DNA of 64,000 bases from Haliotis rufescens. Lineage: Eukaryota. Every line of letters begins with the position of its first letter. Within the stretch, counting starts at the first letter, position 1. Of the stretch, positions 11,191 through 23,045 are shown in pieces. The position numbers and the translations under genes were made by a program. Below the pieces are notes generated by a model, which had not been told where the DNA came from, made no database searches, and saw nothing but the letters and a program-made list of their open reading frames with translations. The DNA is taken from contig NW_025964372.1 in assembly GCF_023055435.1 (NCBI RefSeq), positions 23,312,001 to 23,376,000 on the forward strand, written 5' to 3'.

Positions 11191-11832
11191 CTGTCGACTG
11201 ATAGCGTGATCACGCGACATACTGACGTTCATCGGGACAGTTGGAATGGTAGTGTTCATCGAGGCGAGGTGTACCCCCACTCTCAATATTTTAAAATTCA
11301 TACCTATTTTTTGTTGTGCACGGAATATTGTGTCTTTAAAATATTGTTCGTCGTTATATTTTTGTCCCCGAGTCATATCACTAACTTTCTTATGAATATG
11401 GAAAGGGTTTTGTCGCTTTTATTTACATGAACCAAGTCGATTTGTCTGCTGGTGGACATTTCGTCCCTGAGATACATCATTAACTTGGCAGCATTTAACA
11501 AAAAACAAATGTTGAACGAACAAAATAGCCGATATTTCTTATGAATATGGAAAGGTTGTGCCGCTTTTATGTCCTATACTCTGTGAGAGTTGGCGTTTGA
11601 AGGTTCATGTATTCATACAATGTTACGTATCCATTGCTGCCCGATGTAATATACAGGGAATAACACGAGCTGGGTACAGATGCAAAGAAAACTGCCTTTC
11701 GGCCCACTCGGCTTCTATTAACCACACCTCGGACTGCAATGTAGTCGTCATGCAGTATGCATGAATCCATTGAAAACATTGAAGCTTTTTATGGATAAAA
11801 GAAATTAGGTATAAACGTTCACATAACGTTCG

Positions 11833-12111
11833 TGGGGCTCGAGTGGCTCAGTTGTCTCAGGCGCCGAAATTCGCTTGTCAGAGTTACGTCCCGTGGGCAC
11901 GTCAGAAACAAATGATCGTGGGTTCGAATCCCTGTTCGCCATTATTATGTTTCTTGGTTTGTCAGCACCATACCCGTGCTCAGGGGTTTCACCAAAATGG
12001 TAAACGTTTCCGAACCTGCATCCCGTGTTCCTCCCATATTAAGATGACAAGACCTGATATAACGGACCTGAAATAATATTATCAGCGTCGTTAAACCCAA
12101 CTCACTCACTC
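11833..12111 (+). mobile_element. SINE family C, diverged
   Basis: A box, GGTTCGAATCCC, tgtcagcaccatacccgtgctc body, cgttaaacccaactcactcac tail. Confidence 0.8.
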
Positions 12112-12477
12112 ATGTAACGTTCAAGACTGCTGCCAGATCGTGTTGTGTAATATGATTGTCACGGGAACCAGTGAAACTAGTGGATCAAATATCAATGTGG
12201 ATTCTGTCAATGCTGACCGTGTTTTTTGTCGCATTTTTTCTCAAATAAACCGTCCGACCCAACATCACTCCAAATACAGAAGCATATTTAGATACACAAA
12301 TCTATTTTATATTTATTTCAACCTACCAAAAAAGAAAAAAACAATTAAGTCCAAGCAATGTGTATTGAGTAATGTTTGTATTTGTAAAAACCCAAACTGA
12401 CAAACGCCAATGTTGTTGCAGTGTGTGTATTAATAAATAATCCACAGTCAAAGGGTTTGTGGATTCAGTTGCCCTGT

Positions 12478-12560
12478 CGGATATACCGTGTATATCTAAC
12501 CGGATATACCGTGTATATCTAACTGGATATACCATGTATATCAAACTGGATATACCGTGT
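12478..12560. repeat. 23-bp tandem repeat (cggatataccgtgtatatctaac), about 3.5 units
   Basis: Period of 23 (12478 to 12501). Confidence 0.85.
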
Positions 12561-12851
12561 CCGGGTACTCGCACATTTTATCAACTCCGTATCCCGATCC
12601 CAGACTGGATTGAATCAAGTCGAGTTAGTGTAAAACCAGATTGTGATTGGAAATCCATTCATACCGCCGATACCATAGGAGACACAAGCGTGACAACGTA
12701 AACATGAGATGACTGAGAGCTGACATGGAACTAGACATCAAAGGTTTCTAAACTAAAAGTCTTCCTCACATTTAAAACTCTACCATACTACATAAACTCG
12801 TAAAGTGACCTCATTACCTCTGACCCTTTAAATTGTGGTTCATCTGTATGA

Positions 12852-13013
12852 GGGGCGGTCGGGTAGCCTAGTGGTTAAAGCGTTCGCTCGTCACGCCGAA
12901 GACCCGGGTTCGATTCCCGACATGGGTACAATGTGTGATGCCCATTTGTGGTGTCCCCCGCCGTGATATTGTTGGAATATTGCTAAAAGCGGCGTAAAAC
13001 CATACTCACTCAC
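12852..13013 (+). mobile_element. SINE family A
   Basis: Full length. TSD tcatctgtatga. Confidence 0.92.
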
Positions 13014-13334
13014 TCATCTGTATGATCTCTATTCGAACTATGACAGACGCATTCTACCACGTCCGATAATGTCCGAAAGTATAAAAGCTATCTATCAATA
13101 TTGGTTGGACATATTTTTCATTATTTCACAATCTTTGTTGCCACGTCAGAAATGAAACTTATACCTTTGTTTTCAGAGATGTAAAAGTTTATAACGATTG
13201 GGGATGATAAATCACACATGTTTGATAAACAAAATCGCCATAAGAACGTTATGTTTGAAGAATTGCGTTTAAAATACTAAACCGAACTTGATATTTTCCG
13301 TTTTTGTCACATAACTTAAAGGGTGTCCTGTTTC

Positions 13335-13465
13335 ATACATCGATCCCAATTGCGTTGATTGATGCTCATGATATCAATCACTGGTTTGTCTGGTCCAGAC
13401 TCGATTATATACAGACCACCGCCATATAGCTGGAATATTTCTGAGTGTGGCGTAAAACAACAAAC
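13335..13465 (+). mobile_element. SINE-like family B, 3' half
   Basis: gatgctcatgatatcaatcactgg...ccagactcgatt...ggcgtaaaacaacaaac. Confidence 0.75.
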
Positions 13466-13724
13466 CGATGCTGTTTCATATACGTTCACATGTTTTATTT
13501 TGTTTTATATCTATAAGGATGTTAGTTGTTATAAACATAACATTAGGAAAAAACAAAAGTTCACTATGCTTATGAAGACCAAATACAACTCAGCGGAAGA
13601 AATATGTCTCTGAAATATACTCTACAAATGGTAAAGTATCTTCAACGAGTAATAAACATGTGGTTGATTTTTTATTTTCAAGACCCAAGCAAGGAATACG
13701 AGTGCGTGGAGACTTTCTTTCTAC

Positions 13725-16640
13725 ACGCCTCCCCTTGATCTATCTTTTCTCCCCACCTCCCCTTGATCTATCTTTTCTCCCCACCTCCCCTTGGTCTATC
13801 TTTTCTCAACACCTCCCCTCGGTCTATCTTTTCTACCCACCTCCCCTCGGTCTATCTTTTCTACCCACCTCCCCTTGGTCTATCTTTTCTCAACACCTCC
13901 CCTTGGTCTATCTTTTCTACCCACCTCCCCTCGGTCTATCTTTTCTACCCACCTCCCCTCGGTCTATCTTTTCTCAACACCTCCCCTTGGTCTATCTTTT
14001 CTACCCACCTCCCCTCGGTCTATCTTTTCTACCCACCTCCCCTTGGTCTATCTTTTCTACCCACCTCACCTTGATGTATCTTTTCTACCCACCTCCCCTT
14101 GGTCTATCTTTTCTACCCACCTCCCCTTGGTCTATCTTTTCTACCCACCTCCCCTTGGTCTATCTTTTCTACCCACCTCCCCTCGGTCTATCTTTTCTAC
14201 CCACCTCCCCTCGGTCTATCTTTTCTCAACACCTCCCCTTGGTCTATCTTTTCTACCCACCTCCCCTCGGTCTATCTTTTCTACCCACCTCCCCTTGGTC
14301 TATCTTTTCTACCCACCTCCCCTCGTTCTATCTTTTCTACCCACCTCCCCTTGGTCTATCTTTTCTACCAAACCTCACCTTGGTGTATCTTTTCTACCCA
14401 CCTCCCCTTGGTCTATCTTTTCTACCCACCTCACCTTGGTGTATCTTTTCTACCCACCTCCCCTTGGTCTATCTTTTCTACCCACCTCACCTTGGTGTAT
14501 CTTTTCTACCCACCTCCCCTTGGTCTATCTTTTCTACCCACCTCACCTTGGTCTATCTTTTCTACCCACCTCCCCTTGGTCTATCTTTTCTACCCACCTC
14601 ACCTTGGTGTATCTTTTTTCAACAGCTCCCCTCGGTCTATCTTTTCTACCCACCTCACCTTGGTCTATCTTTTCTACCCACCTCACCTCGGTCTATCTTT
14701 TCTCCCCACCTCCCCTTGATCTGTCTTTTCTCCCCACCTCCCCTTGGTCTATATTTTCTCAACACCTCCCCTCGGTCTATCTTTTCTACCCACCTCCCCT
14801 TGGTCTATCTTTTCTCAACACCTCCCCTCGGTCTATCTTTTCTACCAACCTCCCCTCGGTCTATCTTTTCTACCCACCTCCCCTTGGTCTATCTTTTCTA
14901 CCCACCTCACCTTGATGTATCTTTTCTACCCACCTCCCCTTGGTCTATCTTTTCTACCCACCTCACCTTGGTGTATCTTTTCTACCCACCTCCCCTTGGT
15001 CTATCTTTTCTACCCACTTCCCCTTGGTCTATCTTTTCTACCCACCTCCCCTTGGTCTATCTTTTCTACCCACCTCCCCTTGGTCTATCTTTTCTACCCA
15101 CCTCACCTCGGTCTATCTTTTCTACCCACCTCCCCTAAGTCTATCTTTTCTACCCACCTCCCCTTGGTCTATCTTTTCTACCCACCTCCCCTTGGTCTAT
15201 CTTTTCTACCCACCTCCCCTCGGTCTATCTTTTCTACCCACATCCCCTTGGTCTATCTTTTCTCAACACCTCCCCTTGGTCTATCTTTTCTTCCCACCTC
15301 CCCTTGGTCTATCTTTTCTACCCACCTCACCTTGGTCTATCTTTTCTACCCACCTCCCCTCGGTCTATCTTTTCTACCCACCTCCCCTTGGTCTATCTTT
15401 TCTACCCACCTCACCTTGGTGTATCTTTTCTACCCACCTCCCCTTGGTCTATCTTTTCTACCCACCTCACCTTGGTGTATCTTTTCTACCCACCTCCCCT
15501 TGGTCTATCTTTTCTACCCACCTCACCTTGGTGTATCTTTTCTACCCACCTCCCCTTGGTCTATCTTTTGTACCCACCTCACCTTGGTCTATCTTTTCTA
15601 CCCACCTCCCCTTGGTCTATCTTTTGTACCCACCTCACCTTGGTCTATCTTTTCTACCCACCTCACCTTGGTGTATCTTTTTTCAACATCTCCCCTCGGT
15701 CTATCTTTTCTACCCACCTCACCTTGGTCTATCTTTTCTACCCACCTCCCCTTGGTCTATCTTTTCTCAACACCTCCCCTTGGTCTATCTTTTCTACCCA
15801 CCTCCACTCGGTCTATCTTTTCTCCCCATCTTCCCTCTGTCTATCTTTTCTCCCCACCTCCCCTCGGTCTATTTTTTCTCCCCGCCCACCTCAGTCTATC
15901 TTTTCTCCCCACCTCACCTTGGTGTATCTTTTCTTCCCACCTCCCCTCGGCCTTTCCTTTCTACCCACCTCCCCTCGGTCTATTTTTCTCCCCACCTCCC
16001 CTCGGTCTATCCTTTCTACCCATCTTCCCTCGGTCTATCTTTTCTCCTCGCCCACCTCAGTCTATCTTTTCTCCCCACCTCACCTTGGTCTATCCTTTCT
16101 CCCACCTCAACTTGGTCTATCTTTTCTCCCACGTCACCTTGGTCTATTTTTTCTACCTATCTGCCCTCGGTCTATCCTTTCTCCCCACCTCCCCTCGATC
16201 TATATTTTCTCCCCACCTCACCTTGGTCTGTCTTTTCTCCCCACCTCCCCTCGATCTATATTTTCTCCCCACCTCACCTTGGTCTATATTTTCTCCCACC
16301 TCACCTTGGTCTATCCTTTCTCCCACCTCACCTTGGTCTATCTTTTCTCCCACGTCACCTTGGCCTATTTTTTCTACCCATCTGCCCTCGGTCTATCTTT
16401 TCTACAAATCTGCCCTAGGTCTATCGTTTGTACCCACCTCCCCTCTGACTATCTTTTCTTCCCATCTTCTCTCGGTCTATCTTTTCTTCCCACCTTCTCT
16501 CGGTCTATCTTTTCTACCCCACCTCCCTCTGTCTATCTTTTCTCCCCCACCTCCCTCGGTCTATCTTTTCTCCCCCACCTCCCTCGGCTTCTCTTTTCTT
16601 TCCATCTTAACTCGGTCTCTCTTTTCTACCAATTTCCCAT
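13725..16640. repeat. 28-bp pyrimidine-rich minisatellite (ccacctccccttggtctatcttttctac)n, about 100 units
   Basis: Direct periodicity with recurring variant units. Degenerates toward ~16760. Confidence 0.97.
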
Positions 16641-17555
16641 CTTTCTACCCAACTTCCAATCGTTCTGTATTTTATACCCATTGTGTCCCACCTTCTGTCT
16701 TTCTGACCATCTCCCCTCTCGGTCTGTCTTTTCTACCCCTATTCCCCCTCTATCTACCCATATCCCAATGGGACTATCTCGCCCACTCATCTCGCGCTCC
16801 GAGACATATGTTCGTATATTGTAATCACGCATTTCGTGCATTGAGATGACCCTTCCATAATCTTCTGTCAAGCAATACGAATGTTGAAACATACGTGTTC
16901 TTCAATCTCTTAACGGTTAAAGAGATTCCAAAATCCGTGCACACTGTTAATTTCATGTCTATTTTTATTAAGCGTCGAGAGACGTTTTCATCTTTCAAAT
17001 AATGATTTTACGTTGATGAAGCCAGGACACCTAGGGGTGCCCGTATCAGAGCCTCCCATCCTTCCACATGACAGACACCAACATTGTAGTTGAGGTATTT
17101 GCTGCTTTCAGAAGCACGCTCAGCGCCACTGGCACCGGTTTGTGCATCAGTGCGTATGGGTATATTACCTTCAGGAGTATCATGTGCATGACGTGAGCTC
17201 ATCTGCTACTGGTGGCGCTTTGGACTTATTGCATGAAGCAAACTTTAAGAATATCATTTCATCAATTTAACATTTTGATGAAGGCATATTGATGCGAGGT
17301 GGGCGGGGAGATAGGATGGATATTTATCAAGTATTTAGTCTCACTGAGATCGCTGCGAATAGCTACAAGTTTGTTGATGCGGCGTTAAACAGTAATCACT
17401 CACTCACGCTGTCATCGAAATTATTACTGTGTTGGCAGAGTAACTGGGGCTCGTATTGGACGCATTCAAAAGCAAATCAGTTCAACGTAAGAATGGTTGC
17501 CATTTCACGGGTCTATTCACGGACACATTGATATTGATATACGCATGTGGACTAA

Positions 17556-18261
17556 GGCCAGGTTCACACAGCGCTACGACACGAAAAGTGAAAACGTCGG
17601 ATTACTATCCTCAATGATCTGGAATATCCTATCATTGTCTGAACGCAGTCGTATACGTTCGTAACAGTCCTACGGATCTGGAAAGGTCCAGAGGGGCCGG
17701 CCAAGCACTCCCGCCAGTATGGTGCGTCCCGTAACATTCGGGAAACTCAGCCGATTTTGTCTAGTCGGATTACAATCGTGACTATGTCGTGACAGATTCT
17801 GCTGTATCGGATCAAAATCGTAACAATGTCCTGTGTTGTCTGGACCGTGTCCTGTGGATCGGGATGAACGGGCATAAATTGTTCATTGCCGTTTCTTTTT
17901 GATTGAGTCCACATTACGCCCAGATCTTGCCGAATGCGAACCGTCTTTGTCGGTTCACTGTCCGGCCACTGTCGGATCTCTGTCGGATCGAATTCGGGAG
18001 AATCAGGACGCTGTCGGGACAGATTCGGTCGTTTTTTACCATGCGGAAGATACAAATCGGATCAGATTCGGATTAAGAACGGGAGAATCGGGACGAATTC
18101 GGCTGGAAACGGCTGAATCGGGACGCTTCCTGACCAATATCTGATTGCTTGTGAATTTCCCGCCACGAATCACAGGATCTTGATCATACTTTTGACAAAT
18201 TTTAATCGGGAATGGTCCTATCAAGGGCGGCAGTAAAAATCCTGAATGTGTGACTGAGCCC
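17556..18261. mobile_element. Non-autonomous PIF/Harbinger-like DNA transposon
   Basis: Ends GGCCAGGTTCACACA and (reverse complement) GGGCTCAGTCACACA match at 10/15. TAA on both sides (17553-55, 18262-64). Interior full of short tcgga/atcgg/tcgta motifs. Confidence 0.65.
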
Positions 18262-19002
18262 TAAAGGAGGGTCACTCCTATGCAAATACCTATTTTGACT
18301 TGTACCATGCATACTCGTGTTTGTTCAAGTTAATGCTTTACTTGACTTTGCATGTGTTTGTGACATATATTGGCGATGGGTCAATATACGCTCGCCTGGT
18401 TTCATCCTTATGTAAAAGTGGTTCATAACAGGTGCTCATGACATAGATAGTCTGAATCGTACAATGGAACCTACTTTCAGAATGTTCTTTGTCGCTTTAT
18501 TACCGAAAATGTAAATTGTGTGTAGTGTACCATTGATGCTAGCTGCGTTTACCGCATGCCTTCGTGCGTTCATCATTTATCATCAGCTCGTTTTTATTTA
18601 TCACTCCTGGGCGCAGCGGATCGACCTGTTAAAAAGTCTGCCAATTTCCGCTTTACCGCACTTCTATATCTCCGAGCGGCTACAAATCATACACTATTTT
18701 CAATTCAATTCAAGGCAATTGGTCCACATTCAGTGACATGTTAATGACTTTGACAACAGAGCTAATTAAACCAGTGTCATCAGACATATCGATAACTGAT
18801 ATTAAGCATCAAATAATACATCTTTGCAAAATTAAAATATATAACCTCCAAATATGTGTACTGTATTCCATCGAAAGTGAACTTTGTATAAATGTTTGAT
18901 CACATCGAAGACGAAACCTGCACAGATGGAGGCCGCCTCGAAACCGTAATAGGTTTTCGTTTTCGATATTTTTTTTAATCCTAACAAAGGCTTATCATTC
19001 CT

Positions 19003-19160
19003 AGGAGCAGTGAGATAGTTCAATAAGTAAAGCGTTTGCTCTTCACACCGAAGACTCGTCTTCGATTCCGGGAAGAGGAACAATGTGTGAAACCCATATG
19101 TGTCCCCGCTGTGATATTGTTAAAACATATTACTGAAAGCGGAGTAAAAAACATTCACTC
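19003..19160 (+). mobile_element. Degenerate SINE family A
   Basis: aaagcgtttgctc..caccgaagac..caatgtgtgaaacccat..gtccccgctgtgatatt. Confidence 0.65.
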
Positions 19161-20429
19161 GTCCAATCCATGGAGGACACAAATGACCTTGTTACGACTT
19201 CACTTGTTATTAACAATCCTTGATCTTAATCAATTCGGGAATTATGATGTATAACAGTCCTACAAGCCATTCCCGAAACTATGAATGGACAAAGCTATTG
19301 CCCTCGTTCATCTGTGAGAAGCAACCAGGTCACGACCCTCTGACGGGTTATTGACAATGACAACGAAAGCGCGCACATGAGGGAACTAGGCTAAATACTG
19401 AATCGAGTCAATCAGCAATCACCTGTACTGGGGAAAGCTGTGTTTGCTTTGAGCACCTCCTCAACTTGATGCCTTAATACTTCTACAATAAGTCATTAGT
19501 GGCACATTCTTGGACAAATGTATTGTCTGTAATACATGTAGCTTCAGCTCTCAGTCTGTAATTTGCATGAATCTTAAGAGCAGCTGCTTTTAAACATGGA
19601 AGAATACTAAGAGAACTTTTATTGTAACAGCTGTCTTTCCTCGGATAAAGATGTCAGTTTTGAAATTGGGCCAATCTCAAATATCGTTTGACATTTAAGT
19701 ATTTTGCTTTTTGGCTGTCTAATGACTCATCGGTGTTTTTCATATCATTTGTATTATTCCTTAGCCTCTTCAACACTCACTAGGAATATGAAGATGGTGC
19801 TATATTGATTCTTTCTTTCATACTATTTTTTCCCAAAGTTAATATAACATCATTTAAATGAACAAATATTATTAAAAATGCCATTCGTAGTTTTGTTGTT
19901 TGAGTGAATGAGTTTGACTCCACGCAGCTTTAAACAGTACAGTCAAGTCCCGTAAATCCGTCATGGTTGTTTGCATATGATAATGTCGGATTAACGGGTT
20001 TGTCGTATAAACGAAATTAAGTTGTATCAGCGTAGGTGATCGAAAATCGGACAACTTTACGATAGATAACGATACAAACACGTTGTGATAAAAACATGAA
20101 AAAAGAACTATTCATATTGTTATGTTACATTGTTTGCGGAATCTAATCATGCAAACTCTAACGCTTATCACAGAACTACGGTTACGAGCTGTATGATTGA
20201 TTCAAAATATTTTAAAAAGCATAGTCTGGAATGGAAGTCGCCAGTTTGAAACTGGTGCCGCAAGGCGCAAGAAAGCTGTTTTCTTAGTGGCTAATGTCGA
20301 CTTCCTGTTAGTCATTTCATTGGTCAGTCATGGGTCATAAGGGAGAATCAGCTAAAAAGAGGAGGAACGCCTGAACATAAAGATGGTCACAGACTAAAAT
20401 CCTAAAACTCCCTTTAATCCTTCAGAATG

Positions 20430-21030
20430 TCACAATTGTCAGTCAGCAATGTGTATGCCCAACACGGGAATCAAATTGACAATGCATGGCCAACTCGACG
20501 ATGAGAAGAAGATGTGATATGTCTGATCACAAGAAATGGGATTCGACACCATTCTTCTCAGTGGGCCTGTGGTAACTGCTCCTTGTTATAGGGACGACCT
20601 GGTCATGCTCTAACTTAATGGTCAAGGTGATCAATTCTGTAGGTGATATGTCAATGTAACGCTGTCCAGTGATGTTTCCTTCCAAAAATCACCAGATCTC
20701 TCTTGACTTGGCTACAGAGGCTGAATTGACAGGACTGTTGATGCGGTATTGCAGAACTAATGATGCCGCATTGACAGGGCTATAGATGCTGCAACCTCCA
20801 AACGGTTCGAGATCTTGAATGTAACAGCTTGTCTGCTTGTCGGAGGTTGACACAAATTCTTACATCTGCCAGGAAATGCTTGAATCTGCGTTCTCTTGTA
20901 AACATGACTCTTTGCCAGTTTCTGTTCTACCAGCGTTGTAGTGTCAATATTACATCGAGGCCTGTAAGCTCTGATATTGTACCGACGCAGTCCTCTGGAC
21001 ACTCTCCAGCGACTGACAGGATGATTGTCT
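20430..21030 (-). mobile_element. Decayed Tc1/mariner remnant, same family as 470-1515
   Basis: Reverse complement aligns to 470-900 and 1370-1500. ORFs share LVEQKL..CKNLCQPPT. Confidence 0.7.
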
Positions 21031-21825
21031 CGGCTTATGCAGTGATAATGCCATGCCTCAGATGGACGATACGCATGAAGCGTTTCCTTGGTGGTGGTGA
21101 CAGAAGGTTTGCCACTTCTCGGTCTGTCTCTCTACTGCCTAGTCTGCCTGAATCAGGCCATGTGCCTGGTGACTATCATTCGTCTTCAGCCAAAACTCCT
21201 TGCGACGTGATCATGCGTTGCTCCTTGATGTATCATACAACAGCTTGTTTTTTTGGTTGTAGGGTAAATCTTAGCAAGTTAATGTCCAACGGTTTGGGTG
21301 TGAATGAACAGTACATCGTTCCTTATATACACATATCTTTGTAGGTTGGCATGCTGTAATTGCAGCCAACGTTTCACTTCAAACTCAAGTCCCTTGGTCT
21401 GGGTACGGTAGCACGTTCATTACTCAGCAAATTGTTTTGATTGCTTCTCAACCATCTCTAACACTTTACGGGGTTTGAACCCCACGTGTCTTAATTTCAT
21501 TTTGGTAAAGTTTCTTAGTCAGTTTACATCAAAGGTTATCCTATTTATGTCCATCATGCACAATCTTAGTAATTGAAAAGCACATTCCTCTAGCAGTCGT
21601 AAGTACAAACACAAATTGATCAGTTTTCTGAAGAAAACTGCACACTGTACTTGCTTTTGCCCCAACAGCTAACAGTGCAATGACAAGAGGTGTTCGTAGC
21701 GCCTAGTATGTTTCAATTTACTAATTCCCTTGGATCGTTTATACTTTCTAATAATAATTACTTCATTAACAAATGTAGCTAAACGTAGGATTGTTTGCAT
21801 TTTTGGTTTTCATAAGATGTACATT

Positions 21826-22226
21826 TTGGATGGTCCTGGGTTCAATCCCCGGCCGTGTCATACTAAAATATGAAATATGGTACTTCCTGTTACCCTGCCT
21901 GGCGCTCGGAGTTAATAGGCTAAAACAAGAACTGGCCGGCATGGGGGCAGTATATTGTGTCTGAGTGGGTTACACGTATTTATGTTAAACTGCGGCTTGG
22001 TAGGCACGGTAAAATCGGCATGAGTCCGGACTAGTACAAGAAGCCATACACACACACGAGCGCGCGCGCACGCACACGCACACACATGCACACGCTAACG
22101 CACACGCATGCACACGCATGCACACGCACGCGCGCACACACACGTGCATGCACGTCGCTATATAAGTGTAATAATCTTGAACGCGACGTTAAACCCCATT
22201 TCACCTCACCACACCCCACGTCACCT
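21826..22226 (+). mobile_element. SINE family D, 5'-truncated, with internal CA/CG microsatellite
   Basis: Aligns to 27790-28161. (TCACC)n tail. Confidence 0.8.
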
Positions 22227-22902
22227 CTGTGCTTCAAGAGAAAGTGCTTCCTTGTAAACAAACTCAGAAGCAACACCGTAAATCACATAAAGTCGTCTCC
22301 CTTCCTGTACAACTATTGATTATTATGTGGGGAATCTTGTGTAGTTATTAAGGTGGTATGAATATGGACAAAACATATCTTGATGTAAAACAGATAGAGT
22401 TGGATGTGTCAAACGATAGAAAAGATGATCAGAACCCTATTTTCATGTCAGAAAAATGTAAAAGCTAATTTCAAACATAAGACAGTTCCACATTTATCTA
22501 CGAGAATTTTCGATTTTCTTTTTGAAAATATTTTTTTAGATATTACAAAGTTACATGTCTTGTTCTGATATCTGTTGTATATTACGACTACGATTTCTTT
22601 CAAGGTTTAAAAATATGTTTTCAATGCGATAAAACAGTTTCTCATATCCATTTGTGGATGTCGGAATAGAAAATAAAAAGGATAAATTGAATTACATAAG
22701 TTCTTGCAATGATAAATACCACCTGTAAGTTGTCTAAGTTGTTAATTTCCTTCAGAGCAGATAAAGTCGACTTCTGATTTAAACAAAATTTTGTTTTAAC
22801 AATACAAAGGCGTTTCCATTTCGCCATTTTTCGTTACATGGTTGGACAAACAAACATTACATTTCTGACAAACAAACCAACAAAACTTATAGCAAGTATC
22901 AG

Positions 22903-23045
22903 TGGATAAACCTGGTCGGATGAAGCGTTCGCTCGCCACATCGAAGACGGGGATTCAGATTCCTGAAATGGGTTCAAAATTCGTGGTGTCGCCAGTCGAT
23001 GTATTAATTGAACAGTGTTAAAATCGGCGTTAAATGACACATTCT
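22903..23045 (+). mobile_element. Degenerate SINE family A
   Basis: aagcgttcgctcgccacatcgaagac...cggcgttaaa. Confidence 0.55.

Noticed and set aside
12852-12925. Functional tRNA-Asp genes at SINE A heads (and tRNAs at C, D and E heads)
   Set aside because: Acceptor and anticodon stems are not intact, and the heads continue into a shared body with repeat tails and TSDs.
13830-13860. Origin of the minisatellite from the family B head (gggtagaa.ag on the minus strand)
   Set aside because: Only about 10 nt match, which is compatible with chance.
13660-16849. Long ORFs (206-701 aa) as real proteins
   Set aside because: They result from a stop-free 28-bp repeat, and the same peptide appears in all three frames.
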